NCBI GenBank assembly: GCA_038227875.1
Contig: JBBRPR010000122.1
Span: forward strand, 1 to 10,323
DNA from: Planctomycetota bacterium
Lineage (GTDB): Bacteria > Planctomycetota > SZUA-567 > H5-PLA8
Length of the DNA stretch: 10,323 nt
Reading direction: 5' to 3'
Every line of letters begins with the position of its first letter. Position 1 is the stretch's first letter. This document shows positions 6,818 to 10,323 of the stretch, piece by piece. The position numbers and the translations under genes were made by a program. A model generated the notes under the pieces. The model did not search any database, was not told where the DNA came from, and saw only the letters and a list, made by a program, of their open reading frames with translations.

Positions 6818-9565
6818 ATGCGAATCGCCAGTCTGCTGATAGTCCTACCCTCACTTATGATCTCGATTGGTTTTGCCGCAGAGTTGCAGAAACCGGAGCA
6901 CTCGGATTGGCCACAGTGGCGCGGACCGGACCGCAATGGCATCGCGCCGGCCGGACCGAAGCTGATGGATTCCCTTCCGCCCGAGGGCCCGAAGTTACTT
7001 TGGAAAAGTAATTACATCCCGTTTGGATGGTGGGGTGGCTGGGGCAGCCCGGTGGTGGCGGAGGGCAAAGTGTTCCTCTACGTCTATTGGATGCACCCCA
7101 ATGGCGGCGGCAATTATATTCGCCCCGTTACGGCCGAACTCCTCGAAGCGATGGGCTGGATGCCAGATGTTCCCGACGATCTGGCGAAGAAGCTGGAAGA
7201 AGCGTGGGCCTCGCCCAACCGCCCGGTCGCGGTAAAAGGTGTGCCCGATATGATCAAAAAGACCGACCTCGACGCGTTCCTCGCCAAACAGCCTGAAATG
7301 GACAAGTACATCAAGGATTTCATGTCCACGTTGAAGCCGGAAGAAGCGCAGAAGTACGGCGCATTCATCAAGCGCCGACTCTGTCTGAAGCCCGTAAAAA
7401 ACGGGGATGGCAGCTTCCCCTGGGAAACTCTGGTCAAATTCAGCAAGTTGCAGGGGCAGGAATTCAAGACCGCGAGCAACTTCGACGCCGCGACGCGGAA
7501 ACTCGAAGACGAGGTAAAGCATCCGCACGGCGACACCTCCAGCGTACCGGGGTGGGCGTCGCAGGTGGGTTACAGCACCACCACAGACACGCTGATCTGC
7601 CTCGATGCAGAAACCGGCAAGACACTTTGGAAAAAAGATTTTCCAGCCGGAAAGCCTGGTAGTTATCCACTATCCACCACCCCGGCCGTCTCGAACGGAA
7701 AAGTCTGTTTCTGCGGATCAGGCGGCACCTACTGCCTCTCGACCAAGGACGGCAGCGACGTGTGGCACAAGCCAGGCGGTGGCTCGCAGGCTTCCGTCCT
7801 GATCACAGACGGCATGGTTTACGATCCGGGTGCACGTTCGGCGTACGATCTCGACATCGGCAAGTTGCTGTGGCAGCCCAAGGACTGGCAAGGCGGATCC
7901 GGAGACTCCTCTCCGGTGGTCTGGAACAACGGTGCCAAGAAATGCATCCTGATCAAAGGCCAATGCCTGGATTGCCAGGACGGCAAAGTACTGTGGAAAG
8001 GTTTTGCGCAGAATGAATCGACGCCCGTGATTGTGGGCGACGATGTGGCCGTGGTCGCGACCCGGTACAGGATGACCGCAGGCGGAGTGACGCGGGCCTG
8101 GCAGCAGATCTGGAGCTTTGATCGCAGCAGTCCGGTGGTCTACCAGAACCACCTCTTTCTCGGCAACGGCCAGAACTACCATTGCGCTGATTTCGAAACA
8201 GGCGCGGAGAAGTGGTGCAAGGATGGCATCAGCACCGATATGAACTCCCCCATTCTGGCCGACGGCAAGATCATCGCGCAGATGGGTCCCGGTCATTCGC
8301 ACAACGAATTGGGGTGCGGTATCGTGATCTTCAAAGCCACACCCGACAAATATGAAGAGGTAGGCCGCTTCAATCCGCACGCCGCCTCCTGCGAATCCCC
8401 CGCCATCGCGAACGGCAAGCTGTATTTCCGGGTCGAGAATCCAGAGGGGGATTACGGCGTGGCGTGTTACGACCTGGTGGAGCACCGGCCTTATATTGCC
8501 GATGTATCCGCGACGGGTGGTCAACTGCTGCTCAAGTGTCAACAGGCGGAGGGCGGGCTATCGATGGACAAAGCGGCCAGCGCCATTCGTGGATTCACGC
8601 TTGTTGATGCATCAGGCAAGTCCAAACAAGCTGACGTTCGACTGGAAGGAAATGGTGTGGCTGTCGACGTGAAGGGCGTTGTCTTTCCGATTGAAGTCTC
8701 ATACGACGCGGGAAATCTTGCAGCCAAAAACGGCCCGCTCGCCCCGTTCCACTGGAAGTCTCCGAGTCTGGCGTTCACTTCTTGTGCTGGCCACACGCTT
8801 ACGTTTGATTTTCATGGCGCAGCACAACCGGATCCGAAGGTCTGGAGCGACACTAAACTCTATGAGATCGACGGAACTAAGGTAACCGGGGCGGAAGTTT
8901 CCGGGTGGTCCATCAAGTTGACCACTGAAAAAGAATGGCAGATGGCAGACCAGCTCGCCCTGCACTATTCGGCCATGCCGGGAGATTCATCCCTGCCAAA
9001 GATGGAACTGACACGGGGCAAAGGCATGCTGGCCTACGCGGTGGGCGAGAAGCCGCTGCAGGAGTTCCTGTTCGGCGAGCAGCGCAAGGGCGTGCCAGCG
9101 GCGGAGATCGAAAAGACTCTATTGGCCGAAGTGAGCCAGTACCAGGACCTGAAGCCGGCCAGGGGTGAGAAGTGGAAGCTATGGAACGTCATGCCCGATG
9201 GAGGCAGGTTTGCTCTCAACACAGATTTTTTGGGCGTCGGTGACAAAATCACGCCGGTAAGCGTCTATGTGTATGCCGATAGAGATCGCAAGGTCCAACT
9301 GATGTACAAACACTTCGGCTGCGGCGTGCAGTTCGTGATCAATGGCAAGGCGGTACTCACGAACGACAAGGGCCTGGACGACCACAACAAGCGCGACTTG
9401 GTCAAGGATGTCGAACTGAAGCAGGGCTGGAACACCGTCTTGTTGACCATCGCCGGAATTTCGACCGACTACTGGCAGTTCGATTTCGACCTGATGATCC
9501 GCGACGAGCAAGGCAAGGCACCCGCGGACCTATGGTATCGGGCGGACCGGCCGGCCGAGAAATGA
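6818..9565 (+). CDS. Secreted PQQ-binding-like (BamB-type) beta-propeller repeat protein with a large insert and extra C-terminal beta-sandwich domains
   Basis: 915 aa with SD AAGGAG and a signal peptide (MRIASLLIVLPSLMISIGFA). It has the hallmark DWPQWRGPDRNG, repeated SP/TP...G.V motifs (SPVVAEGKVF, TPAVSNGKV, SPILADGKI, SPAIANGKLYFR) and blade motifs CLDAETGKTLW, CLSTKDGSDVW, CLDCQDGKVLW and CADFETGAEKW. Confidence 0.88.
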   Translation: MRIASLLIVLPSLMISIGFAAELQKPEHSDWPQWRGPDRNGIAPAGPKLMDSLPPEGPKLLWKSNYIPFGWWGGWGSPVVAEGKVFLYVYWMHPNGGGNYIRPVTAELLEAMGWMPDVPDDLAKKLEEAWASPNRPVAVKGVPDMIKKTDLDAFLAKQPEMDKYIKDFMSTLKPEEAQKYGAFIKRRLCLKPVKNGDGSFPWETLVKFSKLQGQEFKTASNFDAATRKLEDEVKHPHGDTSSVPGWASQVGYSTTTDTLICLDAETGKTLWKKDFPAGKPGSYPLSTTPAVSNGKVCFCGSGGTYCLSTKDGSDVWHKPGGGSQASVLITDGMVYDPGARSAYDLDIGKLLWQPKDWQGGSGDSSPVVWNNGAKKCILIKGQCLDCQDGKVLWKGFAQNESTPVIVGDDVAVVATRYRMTAGGVTRAWQQIWSFDRSSPVVYQNHLFLGNGQNYHCADFETGAEKWCKDGISTDMNSPILADGKIIAQMGPGHSHNELGCGIVIFKATPDKYEEVGRFNPHAASCESPAIANGKLYFRVENPEGDYGVACYDLVEHRPYIADVSATGGQLLLKCQQAEGGLSMDKAASAIRGFTLVDASGKSKQADVRLEGNGVAVDVKGVVFPIEVSYDAGNLAAKNGPLAPFHWKSPSLAFTSCAGHTLTFDFHGAAQPDPKVWSDTKLYEIDGTKVTGAEVSGWSIKLTTEKEWQMADQLALHYSAMPGDSSLPKMELTRGKGMLAYAVGEKPLQEFLFGEQRKGVPAAEIEKTLLAEVSQYQDLKPARGEKWKLWNVMPDGGRFALNTDFLGVGDKITPVSVYVYADRDRKVQLMYKHFGCGVQFVINGKAVLTNDKGLDDHNKRDLVKDVELKQGWNTVLLTIAGISTDYWQFDFDLMIRDEQGKAPADLWYRADRPAEK

Positions 9566-9627
9566 TGTCCGGCTGATCCGTGGGTCAGCGCATCGAGAGC
9601 CCTGACGTGTTATTCGATTTTTTCCAC

Positions 9628-9656
9628 ACGCCCTTGCGCGCAATACGCAGGGGCGT
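9628..9656 (+). terminator. GC-rich stem-loop downstream of the beta-propeller gene (terminator-like, no U-tract)
   Basis: ACGCCCTTGCG-(CGCAATA)-CGCAGGGGCGT forms an 11-bp stem with one G-U pair and a 7-nt loop, 62 bp after the stop codon. No poly-T follows on either strand. Confidence 0.4.
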
Positions 9657-9749
9657 ATGAGCCTTGTCTTGGGAGTCCATGGTGTAATGGCATCGGCGCA
9701 ATGGTTGGCCGGCCGGGATCCGCCTCAAGGATGGGCGCAGTCAACCTTC

Positions 9750-9990
9750 CTACGACTGGACGTTGCTTCGCAGCGTCTCGTGGCCGGACAAATCCGAAAG
9801 CGACCGATCACGGAATCGGAAGCTACGTATCGCTATAGCCTGCGGCATTCGTTCTGTACGCTGGTAATCGAATCCGGTGCGAACCTGAAAGAAGCGCAGC
9901 AGCTGATGCGGCACACCGACCCGCGACTGACTGCGAACATCTACAGTCACACACCAAAGGAACGTTTGCAACCTGTGGCCAGCGGTCTTT
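9750..9990 (+). pseudogene. C-terminal remnant of a phage/ICE-type tyrosine integrase (within ORF 9657..10043)
   Basis: YSLRHSFCTLVIESGANLKEAQQLMRHTDPRLTANIYSH matches integrase box II, with the catalytic Tyr at 9942-9944 and HxxR appearing as YSLR. Box I and the N-terminal domains are absent. Boundaries are approximate. Confidence 0.8.
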
Positions 9991-10323
9991 TTCGTCAAGC
10001 TGTTGCCGGATGGATTCGAGATCGGCGGACAATCTTTCGTTGAACTGGCCGGCCGCGTCATCAAGACACGGCTCATCCGCAAGCTCTTCGAAGACGGAGC
10101 GCTCGCCTGCCAATCCAAGGACGGCGTCACCGCCGAGAACGGCACGCTCTGCGACCACTGCCGACATCCCCGTTGCCGCCCCATCCTGCGCATCCACCTG
10201 GCCGATCTGTCCCGCGTCTACCTCATCGATCTAAATGCCAGTTCCGCGCATAACCTCTTCGAAGTCGAAGATCGTTTGCAGTCCGCATCTGGCTCTCTCG
10301 AGGCATCGCCGCTGCTGCTGACC
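9975..10323 (+). CDS. Uncharacterised four-Cys (C-x13-C-x2-C-x4-C) protein, partial at the window end; start uncertain, possibly frameshifted
   Basis: Frame 1 has no stop from 9931 to 10323 and reads FFVKLLPDGFEIGGQSFVELAGRVIKTRLIRKLFEDGALACQSKDGVTAENGTLCDHCRHPRCRPILRIHLADLSRVYLIDLNASSAHNLFEVEDRLQSASGSLEASPLLLT, with strong G/C bias at third codon positions. It is not in the supplied ORF track. Confidence 0.7.

Noticed and set aside
7718..8542. 274-aa minus-strand ORF and other ORFs inside the beta-propeller gene
   Set aside because: Shadow ORFs of a codon-biased real gene.
1591..9531. CGCGGACCT at 1591-1599 and 9523-9531 as att or target-site direct repeats around the cassette
   Set aside because: Only 9 bp, expected by chance in GC-rich DNA, and the second copy lies inside the beta-propeller CDS.
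9657..10043. 128-aa ORF as a functional integrase
   Set aside because: It lacks box I Arg and the N-terminal domains, and its first 30 or so and last 17 or so codons look unrelated to integrases; treated as a remnant.
9750..10234. ORFs 9750..10193 (-), 9823..10197 (-) and 10010..10234 (+)
   Set aside because: Explained as shadows of the integrase fragment and the frame-1 four-Cys gene.
10243..10270. dif-like sequence TCCGCGCATAA-CCTCTT-CGAAGTCGAAG
   Set aside because: The left arm resembles a XerC arm, but the right arm lacks the conserved TTAT of XerD arms, and the site lies inside a coding frame.
1..10323. CRISPR array, tRNA/rRNA, integron attC cassette array or IS terminal repeats
   Set aside because: I saw no regularly spaced repeats, cloverleaf or attC-like structures. 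The left recombinase lacks the IntI-specific insertion, and no transposase is present.

Overview
GC-rich bacterial DNA; the protein types suggest Planctomycetota or a related PVC lineage (inference). The centre is an intact three-gene carbohydrate-type cassette: a 1245-aa secreted multi-domain clan GH-A glycoside hydrolase (+), a GntR wHTH/LacI-type-sensor regulator (-), and a divergently transcribed 915-aa secreted PQQ/BamB-like beta-propeller protein with extra C-terminal domains (+). The divergent intergenic region carries two copies of a palindromic operator-like motif. Both flanks look like mobile-element debris. Left: an AT-richer winged-helix gene followed by helically phased ACCC repeats, an N-terminally truncated and frameshifted XerC/D-like tyrosine recombinase, and a small orphan ORF. 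Right: a hairpin, a C-terminal fragment of a different tyrosine integrase, and a four-Cys protein gene missing from the ORF track that runs off the window. I found no RNA genes or CRISPR arrays, and no clear new system; the best leads are listed as findings. All family calls come from motif recognition by eye, not from database searches.
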